From Shigella phage ESh6: 39,381 bases of DNA. Within the stretch, counting starts at the first letter, position 1. The number at the start of each line of letters is the position of its first letter. The notes under the pieces are model-generated. The model had not been told where the DNA came from. It saw only the letters and a list, made by a program, of their open reading frames with translations, and searched no databases. The translations under genes were made by a program, and so were the position numbers. The stretch lies in sequence record ON528719. One strand, written 5' to 3'. This document shows positions 18,262 to 28,209 of this stretch, piece by piece.

Positions 18262-18669
18262 ATGCGTGACCCTAAAGTTATCCGAGCAGAAATCGCTAAA
18301 CTGGAAGCTGAACTTGAGGACGTTAAGTACCATGAGGCCAAGACTCGCTCCGCTGTTCACATCTTGAAGAACTTAGGGTGGACTTGGACACGACAGACTG
18401 GCTGGAAGAAGCCGGAAGTTTACAAGTTGAGCCACAAGGTGTTCGATAAGGACACTATGACCCACATCAAGGCTGGTGACTGGGTTAAGATTGACATGGG
18501 AGTAGCTGGAGGATACGGCTATGTACGCTCAGTGAGTGACAGATATGCGCAAGTGTCGTATATCACCAGTGTTACTCCGAGAGGTGCAATCGTTGCTGAT
18601 AAGATTCACACGATGCACACAGGTTTCTTGACAGTTGTCTCGTATGAAGAGATTGTTAAGTCGCGATAA
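18262..18669 (+). CDS. 4.7: gp4.7 homolog
   Basis: 135 aa from ATG 18262 downstream of phi4.7 (ORF track 18151..18669 extends upstream); same length as T7 gp4.7. Confidence 0.8.
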   Translation: MRDPKVIRAEIAKLEAELEDVKYHEAKTRSAVHILKNLGWTWTRQTGWKKPEVYKLSHKVFDKDTMTHIKAGDWVKIDMGVAGGYGYVRSVSDRYAQVSYITSVTPRGAIVADKIHTMHTGFLTVVSYEEIVKSR

Positions 18670-18687
18670 TCAATAGGAGAAATCAAT

Positions 18688-20802
18688 ATGATCGTTTCTG
18701 ACATCGAAGCTAACGCCCTCTTAGAGAGCGTCACTAAGTTCCACTGCGGGGTTATCTACGACTACTCCACCGCTGAGTACGTAAGCTACCGTCCGAGTGA
18801 CTTCGGTGCGTATCTGGATGCGCTGGAAGCCGAGGTTGCACGAGGCGGTCTTATTGTGTTCCACAACGGTCACAAGTATGACGTTCCCGCATTGACCAAA
18901 CTGGCAAAGCTACAATTGAACCGAGAGTTCCACCTTCCCCGTGAGAACTGTATCGACACCCTTGTGCTGTCACGCTTGATTCACTCTAACCTAAAGGACA
19001 CCGATATGGGTCTTCTGCGTTCCGGTAAACTGCCGGGGAAACGCTTTGGGTCTCACGCTTTGGAGGCGTGGGGTTATCGCTTAGGCGAGATGAAGGGTGA
19101 ATACAAGGATGACTTTAAGCATATGCTTGAAGAGCAAGGTGAAGAATACGTTGACGGAATGGAGTGGTGGAACTTCAACGAAGAGATGATGGCCTATAAC
19201 GTTCAGGACGTTGTGGTCACTAAGGCTCTCCTTGAGAAGCTACTCTCTGACAAACATTACTTCCCTCCTGAGATTGACTTTACGGACGTAGGCTACACTA
19301 CGTTCTGGTCAGAATCCCTTGAGGCCGTTGATGTTGAACATCGCGCTGCATGGCTACTCGCTAAGCAGGAACGAAATGGGTTCCCATTTGACACCAAGGC
19401 AATCGAAGAGTTGTACGTAGAGTTAGCTGCTCGTCGCTCAGAGTTGCTGCGTAAGCTGACCGAAACGTTCGGCTCGTGGTATCAGCCTAAAGGTGGAACA
19501 GAAATGTTCTGCCATCCACGAACAGGTAAGCCGCTGCCTAAATACCCTCGCATTAAGATACCTAAAGTTGGTGGCATCTTTAAGAAGCCTAAGAACAAGG
19601 CACAGCGAGAAGGTCGTGAGCCTTGCGAACTGGATACCCGCGAGTACGTTGCTGGCGCTCCTTACACCCCAGTTGAGCACGTAGTGTTTAACCCATCGTC
19701 TCGTGACCACATCCAGAAGAAACTCCAAGAGGCTGGATGGGTCCCAACCAAGTACACCGATAAGGGTGCTCCTGTGGTGGACGATGAGGTACTCGAAGGA
19801 GTACGCGTAGATGACCCTGAGAAGCAAGCTGCAATCGACCTCATTAAAGAGTACCTGATGATTCAGAAGAGAATCGGACAGTCTGCTGAGGGAGACAAGG
19901 CATGGCTCCGATACGTGGCTGAGGATGGTAAGATTCACGGTTCTGTAAACCCTAACGGGGCAGTTACTGGTCGCGCCACTCACGCTTTCCCTAACCTCGC
20001 ACAGATACCAGGTGTCCGTTCTCCTTATGGTGATAAGTGCCGCGCTGCTTTTGGCGCTGAACATCACCTAGATGGTGTTACTGGTAAGCCTTGGGTTCAG
20101 GCAGGTATCGACGCATCCGGCCTTGAGTTGCGCTGTTTGGCCCACTTCATGGCTCGCTTTGACAACGGTGAGTATGCTCACGAGATTCTCAATGGCGACA
20201 TCCACACTAAGAACCAGATTGCTGCTGAGTTGCCTACCCGTGATAACGCTAAGACGTTTATCTATGGGTTCCTCTACGGTGCTGGTGATGAGAAGATTGG
20301 ACAGATTGTTGGTGCTGGTAAAGAGCGCGGCAAGGAACTCAAGAAGAAATTCCTTGAGAACACCCCAGCGATTGCAGCACTCCGTGAGTCTATCCAACAG
20401 ACACTTGTTGAGTCCTCGCAGTGGGTAGCTGGCGAACAGCGAGTCAAGTGGAAACGCCGCTGGATTAAAGGTCTGGATGGTCGTAAGGTACACGTTCGTA
20501 GTCCTCACGCTGCATTGAATACCCTTCTGCAATCTGCTGGTGCTCTCATCTGCAAACTGTGGATTATCAAGACAGAAGAGATGCTAGTAGAGAAAGGCTT
20601 GAAGCATGGCTGGGATGGAGACTTTGCGTACATGGCGTGGGTACATGATGAAATCCAAGTAGGTTGCCGTACCGAAGAGATTGCTCAGGTGGTCATTGAG
20701 ACCGCACAAGAAGCAATGCGCTGGGTTGGAGACCACTGGAACTTCCGGTGTCTTCTGGATACCGAAGGTAAGATGGGTCCTAACTGGGCCGTATGTCACT
20801 GA
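18688..20802 (+). CDS. 5: DNA polymerase (family A) with 3'-5' exonuclease (gp5)
   Basis: 704-aa ORF, same length as T7 gp5; exo motif [11 protein letters not shown] and polymerase motifs present. Confidence 0.97.
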   Translation: MIVSDIEANALLESVTKFHCGVIYDYSTAEYVSYRPSDFGAYLDALEAEVARGGLIVFHNGHKYDVPALTKLAKLQLNREFHLPRENCIDTLVLSRLIHSNLKDTDMGLLRSGKLPGKRFGSHALEAWGYRLGEMKGEYKDDFKHMLEEQGEEYVDGMEWWNFNEEMMAYNVQDVVVTKALLEKLLSDKHYFPPEIDFTDVGYTTFWSESLEAVDVEHRAAWLLAKQERNGFPFDTKAIEELYVELAARRSELLRKLTETFGSWYQPKGGTEMFCHPRTGKPLPKYPRIKIPKVGGIFKKPKNKAQREGREPCELDTREYVAGAPYTPVEHVVFNPSSRDHIQKKLQEAGWVPTKYTDKGAPVVDDEVLEGVRVDDPEKQAAIDLIKEYLMIQKRIGQSAEGDKAWLRYVAEDGKIHGSVNPNGAVTGRATHAFPNLAQIPGVRSPYGDKCRAAFGAEHHLDGVTGKPWVQAGIDASGLELRCLAHFMARFDNGEYAHEILNGDIHTKNQIAAELPTRDNAKTFIYGFLYGAGDEKIGQIVGAGKERGKELKKKFLENTPAIAALRESIQQTLVESSQWVAGEQRVKWKRRWIKGLDGRKVHVRSPHAALNTLLQSAGALICKLWIIKTEEMLVEKGLKHGWDGDFAYMAWVHDEIQVGCRTEEIAQVVIETAQEAMRWVGDHWNFRCLLDTEGKMGPNWAVCH

Positions 20803-20821
20803 TTCTATAGGAGAAATTATT

Positions 20822-21121
20822 ATGGCTATGACCAAGAAATTTAAAGTGTCCTTCGACGTTACCGCTAAGATGACATCTGACGTTCAGGCAATCTTAGAGA
20901 AAGACATGCTGCACCTGTGTAAGCAGGTTGGCTCTGGTGCTATTGTTCCTAACGGTAAACAGAAGGAAATGATTGTCCAGTTCCTGACGCATGGTATGGA
21001 AGGGTTGATGACGTTCATTGTGCGAACGTCTTTCCGTGAGGCTATCAAAGAGATGCACGAAGAGTATTCCGATAAGGACTCCTTCAAACTATCTCCTGCA
21101 ACTGTACGGGAGGTGTTCTGA
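20822..21121 (+). CDS. 5.5: gp5.5 homolog (H-NS-binding protein in T7)
   Basis: 99 aa from ATG 20822 after 'taggag' (ORF track 20681..21121 overlaps the gene 5 end); length matches T7 gp5.5. Confidence 0.8.
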   Translation: MAMTKKFKVSFDVTAKMTSDVQAILEKDMLHLCKQVGSGAIVPNGKQKEMIVQFLTHGMEGLMTFIVRTSFREAIKEMHEEYSDKDSFKLSPATVREVF

Positions 21122-21330
21122 TGTCTGACTACCTGAAAGTGCTGCAAGCAATCAAAAGTTGCCCTAAGACTTTCCAGTCCAACTATGTGCGTAACAATGC
21201 GAGCCTCGTAGCTGAGGCCGCTTCCCGTGGTCACATCTCGTGCCTGACCACAAGTGGACGAAACGGTGGTGCTTGGGAAATCACCGCTTCTGGTACTCGC
21301 TTTCTGAAACGAATGGGAGGGTGTGTCTGA
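21121..21330 (+). CDS. 5.7: gp5.7 homolog
   Basis: 69-aa ORF, same length as T7 gp5.7; ATG overlaps the 5.5 stop. Confidence 0.8.
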   Translation: MSDYLKVLQAIKSCPKTFQSNYVRNNASLVAEAASRGHISCLTTSGRNGGAWEITASGTRFLKRMGGCV

Positions 21331-21488
21331 TGGTACGTGACACCGTAACAATTCCTCGTGATGCGTGGAACGATATGCAGGGCTACATCGACTCTCTGGA
21401 ACGTGAGAACGATAGCCTTAAGAATCAACTGATGGAAGCTGACGAATACGTAGCTGAGCTAGAGGAGAAACTTAATGGCACTTCTTGA
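21330..21488 (+). CDS. 5.9: gp5.9 homolog (RecBCD inhibitor in T7)
   Basis: 52 aa from ATG 21330 (MVRDTVTIPRDAWNDMQGYIDSLERENDSLKNQLMEADEYVAELEEKLNGTS), within ORF track 21240..21488. Confidence 0.75.
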   Translation: MVRDTVTIPRDAWNDMQGYIDSLERENDSLKNQLMEADEYVAELEEKLNGTS

Positions 21489-22377
21489 CCTTAAACAATT
21501 CTACGAGTTACGCGAAGGTTGTGACGACAAGGGTATCCTCGTGATGGACGGAGACTGGCTGGTCTTCCAAGCGATGAGTGCTGCTGAGTTTGATGCCTCA
21601 TGGGAGGAAGAGATTTGGCACCGCTGCTGTGACCACGCTAAGGCCCGTCAGATTCTGGAGGATTCCATCAAGTCCTATGAGACCCGTAAGAAGGCTTGGG
21701 TAGGTGCTCCGATTGTCCTTGCGTTCACAGATAGTGTCAACTGGCGCAAAGAACTGGTGGACCCTAACTATAAAGCTAACCGTAAGGCGACGAAGAAACC
21801 TGTAGGTTACTTTGAGTTCCTTGATGCTCTATTTGAGCGCGAAGAGTTCTATTGCATCCGTGAGCCTATGCTTGAGGGTGATGACGTTATGGGAGTTATT
21901 GCTTCCAACCCGTCTGCATTCGGTGCGCGTAAGGCTGTAATCATCTCGTGCGATAAGGACTTTAAGACAATCCCTAACTGTGACTTCCTGTGGTGTACCA
22001 CTGGTAACATCCTGACTCAGACCGAAGAGTCCGCTGACTGGTGGCACCTCTTCCAGACCATCAAGGGTGATATTACCGATGGATACTCAGGGATTGCCGG
22101 ATGGGGCGATACCGCCGAGGACTTCTTGAATAACCCGTTCATAACCGAGCCTAAAACGTCTGTGCTTAAGTCTGGAAAGAACAAAGGCCAAGAGGTCACC
22201 AAGTGGGTTAAACGTGCCCCTGAGCCTCATGAGACGCTTTGGGACTGCATTAAGTCCATCGGTGCTAAGGCTGGTATGACCGAAGAGGACGTTATCAAGC
22301 AGGGCCAGATGGCTCGCATCTTGCGGTTCGATGAGTACAACTTTATTGACAAGGAGATTTACCTGTGGAGACCGTAG
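21475..22377 (+). CDS. 6: 5'-3' exonuclease (gp6)
   Basis: 300-aa ORF near-identical to T7 gp6. Confidence 0.95.
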   Translation: MALLDLKQFYELREGCDDKGILVMDGDWLVFQAMSAAEFDASWEEEIWHRCCDHAKARQILEDSIKSYETRKKAWVGAPIVLAFTDSVNWRKELVDPNYKANRKATKKPVGYFEFLDALFEREEFYCIREPMLEGDDVMGVIASNPSAFGARKAVIISCDKDFKTIPNCDFLWCTTGNILTQTEESADWWHLFQTIKGDITDGYSGIAGWGDTAEDFLNNPFITEPKTSVLKSGKNKGQEVTKWVKRAPEPHETLWDCIKSIGAKAGMTEEDVIKQGQMARILRFDEYNFIDKEIYLWRP

Positions 22378-22478
22378 CGTATATCGGCATTGGTCTTTGT
22401 GTCCTAGGAATGTGCCTCATTGCGTGGGGCCGTTGGGACTTAGCCCGAATAATCAAGGCGTTACAAGACTCTAAGTGA
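22365..22478 (+). CDS. 6.3: gp6.3 homolog (small membrane peptide)
   Basis: 37-codon ORF from GTG 22365 overlapping the gene 6 end; (M)ETVAYIGIGLCVLGMCLIAWG... similar to T7 gp6.3 from memory. Confidence 0.5.
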   Translation: METVAYIGIGLCVLGMCLIAWGRWDLARIIKALQDSK

Positions 22479-22480
22479 TA

Positions 22481-22540
22481 AACTCAAGGTCCCTAAATTA
22501 ATACGACTCACTATAGGGAGATAGGGGCCTTTATGATTAT
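22481..22540 (+). other. RNase III site R6.5-like hairpin enclosing phi6.5
   Basis: 'aactcaaggtccctaaat...gggagataggggccttta': complementary arms flank the promoter. Confidence 0.45.
22499..22521 (+). promoter_or_regulatory. T7 RNAP class III promoter phi6.5
   Basis: 'taatacgactcactatagggaga': perfect 23-bp consensus. Confidence 0.9.
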
Positions 22541-22575
22541 TACTTTAAGATTTAACTCTAAGAGGAATCTTTATT

Positions 22576-22830
22576 ATGTTAACACCTATTAACCAATTAC
22601 TTAAGAACCCTAACGATATTCCAGATGTACCTCGTGCAACCGCTGAGTATCTACAGGTTCGATTCAACTACGCGTATCTCGAAGCGTCTGGTCATATAGG
22701 ACTTATGCGTGCTAATGGCTGTAGTGAAGCTCACATCTTGGGTTTCATTCAGGGCCTACAGTATGCCTCTAACGTCATTGACGAGATTGAGCTACGCAAG
22801 GAACAACTAAGAGATGATGGGGAGGATTGA
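22576..22830 (+). CDS. 6.5: gp6.5 homolog
   Basis: 84-aa ORF, same length as T7 gp6.5. Confidence 0.8.
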
Positions 22831-22834
22831 CCTT

Positions 22835-23101
22835 ATGTGTTTCTCACCGAAAGTTAAAGTTCCGAAGATGGATACCAATCAGATTCGAGCCGTTGAGCCA
22901 GCGCCTCTGACCAAAGAAGTGTCAAGCGTGGAGTTCGGTGGGTCTTCTGATGAGACGGAAACCGAAGGCACCGAAGTGTCTGGACGCAAAGGCCTCAAGG
23001 TCGAACGTGATGATTCCGTAGCGAAGTCTAAAGCTGGTGGTACTGGTTCAGCTCGTATGAAATCTTCAATCCGTAAGTCCGCATTTGGAGGCAAGAAGTG
23101 A
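22835..23101 (+). CDS. 6.7: gp6.7 homolog (small virion protein)
   Basis: 88 aa from ATG 22835 (MCFSPKVKVPKMDTNQIRAVEPAPL...), within ORF track 22814..23101. Confidence 0.75.
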   Translation: MCFSPKVKVPKMDTNQIRAVEPAPLTKEVSSVEFGGSSDETETEGTEVSGRKGLKVERDDSVAKSKAGGTGSARMKSSIRKSAFGGKK

Positions 23102-23502
23102 TGTCTGAGTTCACATGTGTGGAGGCTAAGAGTCGCTTCCGCGCAATCCGGTGGACTGTGGAACACCTTGGGTTGCCTAAGGGATTCGAAGGACACTTTG
23201 TGGAATACAGCCTCTACGTAGACGAAGTAATGGACATGTCTGGTTGTCGTGAAGAGTACATTCTGGACTCTACAGGAAAACATGTAGCGTACTTCGCGTG
23301 GTGCGTAAGCTGTGACATTCACCACAAAGGAGACATTCTGGATGTAACGTCCGTTGTCATTAATCCTGAGGCAGACTCTAATGGCTTACAGCGATTCCTA
23401 GCGAAACGCTTTAAGTACCTTGCAGAACTTCACGATTGTGATTGGGTGTCTCGTTGTAAGCATGAAGGCGAGACAATGCGTGTATACTTTAAGGAGGTAT
23501 AA
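23101..23502 (+). CDS. 7: gp7 homolog (virion/host-range protein)
   Basis: ORF track 23098..23502; ATG at 23101 overlaps the 6.7 stop; 133 aa like T7 gp7. Confidence 0.8.
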   Translation: MSEFTCVEAKSRFRAIRWTVEHLGLPKGFEGHFVEYSLYVDEVMDMSGCREEYILDSTGKHVAYFAWCVSCDIHHKGDILDVTSVVINPEADSNGLQRFLAKRFKYLAELHDCDWVSRCKHEGETMRVYFKEV

Positions 23503-23505
23503 GTT

Positions 23506-23826
23506 ATGGGTAAGAAAGTCAAGAAGGTAGTTAAGAAAGTCACTAAGCCCGTTGAGAAAGCCGTAAAGAAAGTTACCAAGGAAGTGGCTCGTCCTATTAA
23601 ACAGGTTGCTGGTGCGTTGGCAGGTGGCGCTGGTGAAACACAGGTAGTTGAAGTTCCACAACCAACAGCCGCTGCAACTCCTGCTGCACAGATTGTTGAC
23701 GTACCTGAGAAAGAGGTTTCCACTGAGGACGAAGCACAGACCGAAAGCGGACGCAAGAAAGCTCGTTCTGGTGGTAAGAAGTCCTTGAGTGTAGCCCGTA
23801 GCTCCGGTGGGGGTATAAATATATGA
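23506..23826 (+). CDS. 7.3: gp7.3 homolog (tail/adsorption protein)
   Basis: 106-aa Lys/Ala-rich ORF with RBS 'aaggagg'; position matches T7 gp7.3. Confidence 0.8.
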   Translation: MGKKVKKVVKKVTKPVEKAVKKVTKEVARPIKQVAGALAGGAGETQVVEVPQPTAAATPAAQIVDVPEKEVSTEDEAQTESGRKKARSGGKKSLSVARSSGGGINI

Positions 23827-24224
23827 CAGATTGTATCCTTCATACTGGTTGCACGACTAAAGGAGGGTACGGTCTCGTTGGTTATAAAGGTAAGACACAG
23901 CTGGCTCACAGGGTATCATACATCAAATCAAAGGGTGAGATACCGACTGGTATGGTTATAATGCATACCTGTGACAACCCTCTATGCATCAACCCTGAAC
24001 ATCTTGTAGCTGGTACTCAGCGTGATAACCGTATGGACTGTGTAACTAAAGGTAGAGATAACGCATCCAGAGGTGAAGAGCATTACGGTGCCAAGCTCAC
24101 TGAGGCCATTGTACGTGAGATTCGTGCATCAAATTTAACAAACACTGAGTTGTCAGAAATGTATGGCATCCATAGGAGAACCATTAGTGACGCTCGATGT
24201 GGTAAGACATGGAGGCATATTTAA
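23823..24224 (+). CDS. 7.7: HNH homing endonuclease (gp7.7 homolog)
   Basis: 133-aa ORF; HNH core MHTCDNPLCINPEHL and MTDCILHTGCTTKGGYG N-terminus; resembles T7 gp7.7 from memory. Confidence 0.82.
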   Translation: MTDCILHTGCTTKGGYGLVGYKGKTQLAHRVSYIKSKGEIPTGMVIMHTCDNPLCINPEHLVAGTQRDNRMDCVTKGRDNASRGEEHYGAKLTEAIVREIRASNLTNTELSEMYGIHRRTISDARCGKTWRHI

Positions 24225-25834
24225 TGGCTGAGAAACGAACAGGACTTGCGGAGGATGGCGCAAAGTCGGTCTATGAGCGATTGAAGAACGAACGCGCCCC
24301 TTATGAGACACGTGCTCAGAATTGCGCTCAATATACCATCCCATCATTGTTCCCTAAGGACTCCGATAACTCATCTACAGACTACACAACTCCGTGGCAA
24401 GCTGTGGGTGCTCGCGGTCTCAATAACTTGGCCTCTAAGCTCATGCTGGCTCTCTTCCCGATGCAAACGTGGATGAAACTGACCATCTCTGAGTATGAGG
24501 CCAAACAGTTACTAGATGACCCAGATGGACTCGCTAAGGTCGATGAGGGTCTCTCGATGGTAGAGCGTATCATCATGAACTACATTGAGTCTAACAGTTA
24601 CCGAGTGACTCTCTTTGAGGCTCTCAAGCAGTTAGTCGTAGCTGGTAACGTCCTGCTGTACCTACCGGAACCGGAAGGGTCAAACTACAATCCCATGAAG
24701 CTGTACCGATTGTCTTCTTATGTGGTCCAACGAGACGCATTCGGCAACGTTCTGCAAATGGTGACTCGTGACCAAATAGCTTTCGGTGCTCTACCTGAGG
24801 ACATCCGTAAGGCTGTAGAAGGTCAAGGTGGTGAGAAGAAACCTGATGAGACCATTGATGTGTACACTCACATCTACTTGGACGAAGAGTCAGACGAATA
24901 CCTCCGCTATGAAGAGGTTGAAGGTATGGAGATACAAGGCTCCGATGGGTCTTACCCTAAAGATGCTTGCCCATACATCCCTATTCGTATGGTTCGTCTG
25001 GATGGTGAATCCTACGGTCGTTCGTACATTGAGGAATACTTAGGTGACTTACGGTCCCTTGAGAATCTCCAAGAGGCTATCGTCAAGATGTCCATGATTA
25101 GCTCTAAGGTTATCGGCTTAGTGAATCCTGCTGGTATCACCCAGCCACGCCGACTGACCAAAGCTCAGACTGGTGACTTCGTTACGGGTCGTCCAGAAGA
25201 CATCTCGTTCCTCCAACTGGAGAAGCAAGCAGACTTTACTGTAGCCAAGGCTGTCAGTGACGCTATTGAGGCTCGCCTTTCGTTTGCCTTTATGTTGAAC
25301 TCTGCGGTTCAGCGCACAGGTGAACGTGTGACCGCCGAAGAGATTCGATATGTAGCTTCTGAACTTGAAGATACTTTAGGTGGTGTCTACTCCATCCTTT
25401 CTCAAGAATTACAATTGCCTCTGGTACGAGTGCTCTTGAAGCAACTACAAGCCACGCAACAGATTCCAGAGTTACCTAAGGAAGCCGTAGAGCCAACCAT
25501 TAGTACAGGTCTGGAAGCAATTGGTCGAGGACAAGACCTTGATAAGCTGGAGCGTTGTGTCGCTGCGTGGGCTGCTCTTGCTCCTATGCGTGATGACCCT
25601 GACATCAACCTTGCTATGATTAAGCTGCGCATTGCTAACGCCATCGGTATTGACACTTCTGGTATCCTTCTTACCGAAGAACAGAAGCAACAGAAGATGG
25701 CTCAACAGTCTATGCAAATGGGTATGGATAGCGGTGCTGCTGCGCTTGGTCAAGGTATGGCTGCACAGGCTACGGCTTCACCTGAGGCTATGGCTGCTGC
25801 TGCTGATTCCGTAGGTTTACAGCCGGGCATTTAA
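24224..25834 (+). CDS. 8: Portal (head-to-tail connector) protein gp8
   Basis: 536 aa from ATG 24224 (MAEKRTGLAEDGAKSVYERLKN...), overlapping the 7.7 stop; near-identical to T7 gp8. ORF track starts 15 nt upstream. Confidence 0.95.
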   Translation: MAEKRTGLAEDGAKSVYERLKNERAPYETRAQNCAQYTIPSLFPKDSDNSSTDYTTPWQAVGARGLNNLASKLMLALFPMQTWMKLTISEYEAKQLLDDPDGLAKVDEGLSMVERIIMNYIESNSYRVTLFEALKQLVVAGNVLLYLPEPEGSNYNPMKLYRLSSYVVQRDAFGNVLQMVTRDQIAFGALPEDIRKAVEGQGGEKKPDETIDVYTHIYLDEESDEYLRYEEVEGMEIQGSDGSYPKDACPYIPIRMVRLDGESYGRSYIEEYLGDLRSLENLQEAIVKMSMISSKVIGLVNPAGITQPRRLTKAQTGDFVTGRPEDISFLQLEKQADFTVAKAVSDAIEARLSFAFMLNSAVQRTGERVTAEEIRYVASELEDTLGGVYSILSQELQLPLVRVLLKQLQATQQIPELPKEAVEPTISTGLEAIGRGQDLDKLERCVAAWAALAPMRDDPDINLAMIKLRIANAIGIDTSGILLTEEQKQQKMAQQSMQMGMDSGAAALGQGMAAQATASPEAMAAAADSVGLQPGI

Positions 25835-25854
25835 TACGACTCACTATAGGGAGA
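25832..25854 (+). promoter_or_regulatory. T7 RNAP class III promoter phi9
   Basis: 'taatacgactcactatagggaga': perfect consensus; overlaps the gene 8 stop. Confidence 0.9.
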
Positions 25855-25933
25855 CCTCATCTTTGAAATGAGCGATGACAAGAGGTTGGAGTCCTCGGTC
25901 TTCCTGTAGTTCAACTTTAAGGAGACAATAATA

Positions 25934-26857
25934 ATGGCTGAATCTAATGCAGACGTATATGCGTATTTTGGCGTGAACTCCGCTGTGATGTCTGGTGGTT
26001 CCGTTGAGGAACATGAGCAAAATATGCTGGCTCTTGATGTTGCTGCCCGTGATGGCGATGATGCAATCGAGTTAGCGTCCGACGAAGTGGAAACAGAACG
26101 CGACCTGTATGATAACTCTGACCCATTCGGTCAAGAGGATGATGCGGGGCGCATTCAGGTCCGTATTGGTGATGGCTCTGAGCCGACCGATGTGGACGCT
26201 GGAGAAGAAGGCTTTGAGGGCACAGAAGGTCCCGAAGAGTTTACCCCGCTGGGCGAGACTCCAGAAGAACTGGTAGCTGCCTCTGAGCAACTTGGCGAGC
26301 ACGAAGAGGGCTTCCAAGAGATGATTAACATTGCTGCCGAGCGTGGCATGAGTGTTGAGACCATTGAGGCTATCCAGCGTGAGTACGAGGAGAACGAAGA
26401 GTTGTCCGCTGAGTCCTACGCTAAGCTGGCTGAAATTGGCTACACTAAGGCTTTCATTGACTCGTACATTCGTGGTCAAGAAGCTCTGGTGGAGCAGTAC
26501 GTAAACAGTGTCATTGAGTACGCTGGTGGTCGTGAACGTTTTGACGCACTGTATAATCACCTTGAGACGCACAACCCTGAGGCTGCACAGTCGCTGGACA
26601 ATGCGTTGACCAATCGTGACTTAGCGACCGTTAAGGCTATCATCAACTTGGCTGGCGAGTCTCGCGCTAAGGCGTTTGGTCGTAAGCCAACTCGCAGTGT
26701 GACTAATCGTGCTATTCCGGCTAAACCTCAGGCTACCAAGCGTGAAGGCTTTGCGGACCGTAGCGAGATGATTAAAGCTATGAGCGACCCTCGGTATCGC
26801 ACAGATGCCAATTATCGTCGTCAAGTCGAACAGAAAGTAATCGACTCGAACTTCTGA
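25934..26857 (+). CDS. 9: Capsid assembly/scaffolding protein gp9
   Basis: 307-aa acidic ORF, same length as T7 gp9. Confidence 0.93.
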   Translation: MAESNADVYAYFGVNSAVMSGGSVEEHEQNMLALDVAARDGDDAIELASDEVETERDLYDNSDPFGQEDDAGRIQVRIGDGSEPTDVDAGEEGFEGTEGPEEFTPLGETPEELVAASEQLGEHEEGFQEMINIAAERGMSVETIEAIQREYEENEELSAESYAKLAEIGYTKAFIDSYIRGQEALVEQYVNSVIEYAGGRERFDALYNHLETHNPEAAQSLDNALTNRDLATVKAIINLAGESRAKAFGRKPTRSVTNRAIPAKPQATKREGFADRSEMIKAMSDPRYRTDANYRRQVEQKVIDSNF

Positions 26858-26870
26858 TAGACTCTGAAAT

Positions 26871-26893
26871 TAATACTACTCACTATAGGGAGA
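26871..26893 (+). promoter_or_regulatory. T7 RNAP promoter phi10 (variant, T at -11)
   Basis: 'taatacTactcactatagggaga' followed by 'ccacaacggtttccctctagaaat' leader and strong RBS 'aaggaga'; one mismatch at -11. Confidence 0.8.
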
Positions 26894-26951
26894 CCACAAC
26901 GGTTTCCCTCTAGAAATCATTATTGTTTAACTTTAAGAAGGAGACATACAT

Positions 26952-27983
26952 ATGACTACTATGACTGGTGGACAGCAACTGGGTACTAACCAGGGTAAAG
27001 GTGCAAGTGCTTCTGATAAACTGGCGTTGTTCTTGAAGGTATTTGGTGGTGAAGTTCTGACTGCATTCGCTCGCACCTCTGTGACCACTTCTCGCCACAT
27101 GGTCCGTTCCATCTCCAGCGGTAAATCCGCTCAGTTCCCTGTACTGGGTCGCACTCAGGCAGCTTACTTGTCTCCGGGTGAGAACCTCGATGATATTCGT
27201 AAAGACATCAAACACACCGAGAAGACCATCACCATTGATGGCCTCCTGACGGCAGACGTTCTGATTTACGACATTGAGGACGCGATGAACCACTATGACG
27301 TTCGCTCTGAGTATACCTCTCAGTTGGGTGAATCTCTGGCTATGGCTGCTGATGGTGCGGTTCTGGCTGAGATTGCTGGCCTGTGTAACTTGGCGAGCGC
27401 CTCTAATGAGAACATCGATGGCTTAGGTACTGCTACCGTAATTGAGACCACTCAGGACAAGGCAGCACTTACCGACCAAGTTGCGCTTGGTAAGGAGATT
27501 ATTGCGGCTCTGACTAAGGCTCGTGCGGCTCTGACTAAGAACTATGTTCCGGCTGCTGACCGTGTGTTCTACTGCGACCCAGATAGCTACTCTGCGATTC
27601 TGGCAGCACTTATGCCGAACGCAGCAAACTACGCTGCTCTGATTGACCCTGAGAAGGGTTCTATCCGCAACGTTATGGGCTTTGAGGTTGTAGAAGTTCC
27701 CCACCTCACCGCTGGTGGCGCTGGCACCTCTCGTGCGGATGCTACCGGTCAGAAGCACGCCTTCCCTGCCACTAAGAGTGGTAACGACAAGGTTGCTAAG
27801 GACAACGTTATCGGCCTGTTCATGCACCGCTCTGCTGTAGGTACTGTTAAACTGCGCGACTTGGCTCTGGAGCGCGCTCGCCGTGCTAACTTCCAAGCAG
27901 ACCAGATTATTGCTAAGTATGCAATGGGCCACGGTGGTCTGCGCCCAGAAGCTGCTGGTGCAGTGGTTTTCAAGGGGAAGTAA
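26952..27983 (+). CDS. 10A: Major capsid protein 10A
   Basis: 343-aa ORF; MTTMTGGQQLGTNQGKG... close to T7 gp10A. Confidence 0.97.
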   Translation: MTTMTGGQQLGTNQGKGASASDKLALFLKVFGGEVLTAFARTSVTTSRHMVRSISSGKSAQFPVLGRTQAAYLSPGENLDDIRKDIKHTEKTITIDGLLTADVLIYDIEDAMNHYDVRSEYTSQLGESLAMAADGAVLAEIAGLCNLASASNENIDGLGTATVIETTQDKAALTDQVALGKEIIAALTKARAALTKNYVPAADRVFYCDPDSYSAILAALMPNAANYAALIDPEKGSIRNVMGFEVVEVPHLTAGGAGTSRADATGQKHAFPATKSGNDKVAKDNVIGLFMHRSAVGTVKLRDLALERARRANFQADQIIAKYAMGHGGLRPEAAGAVVFKGK

Positions 27984-28141
27984 TGCTGGGAGTGGCCTCA
28001 ACGGTCGCTGCTAGTCCCGAAGAGGAGAGTGTTACTTCAACAGAAGAAACCTTAACGCCAGCACAGAAGGCCGCACGCACCCGCGCTGCTAACAAAGCCC
28101 GAAAGGAAGCTGAGTTGGCTGCTGCCACCGCTGAGCAATAA
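26952..28141 (+). CDS. 10B: Minor capsid protein 10B, produced by programmed -1 frameshift near 27965-27971
   Basis: Slippery 'g gtt ttc' before the 10A stop; the -1 frame stays open to TAA at 28139-28141 and encodes ...MLGVASTVAASPEEESVTSTEETLTPAQKAARTRAANKARKEAELAAATAEQ. Confidence 0.75.
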
Positions 28142-28147
28142 CTAGCA

Positions 28148-28189
28148 TAACCCCTTGGGGCCTCTAAACGGGTCTTGAGGGGTTTTTTG
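28148..28189 (+). terminator. T7 RNAP terminator Tphi
   Basis: 'ataaccccttggggcctctaaacgggtcttgaggggttttttg': GC-rich hairpin plus U-run, identical to canonical Tphi. Confidence 0.92.
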
Positions 28190-28209
28190 CTGAAAGGAGG
28201 AGGAACTAT

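Noticed and set aside
20681-20821. Upstream extension of the 5.5 ORF, considered as a possible gene 5.3 remnant
   Set aside because: It is simply an alternative frame over the end of the DNA polymerase gene; no HNH motifs and no independent start signal.
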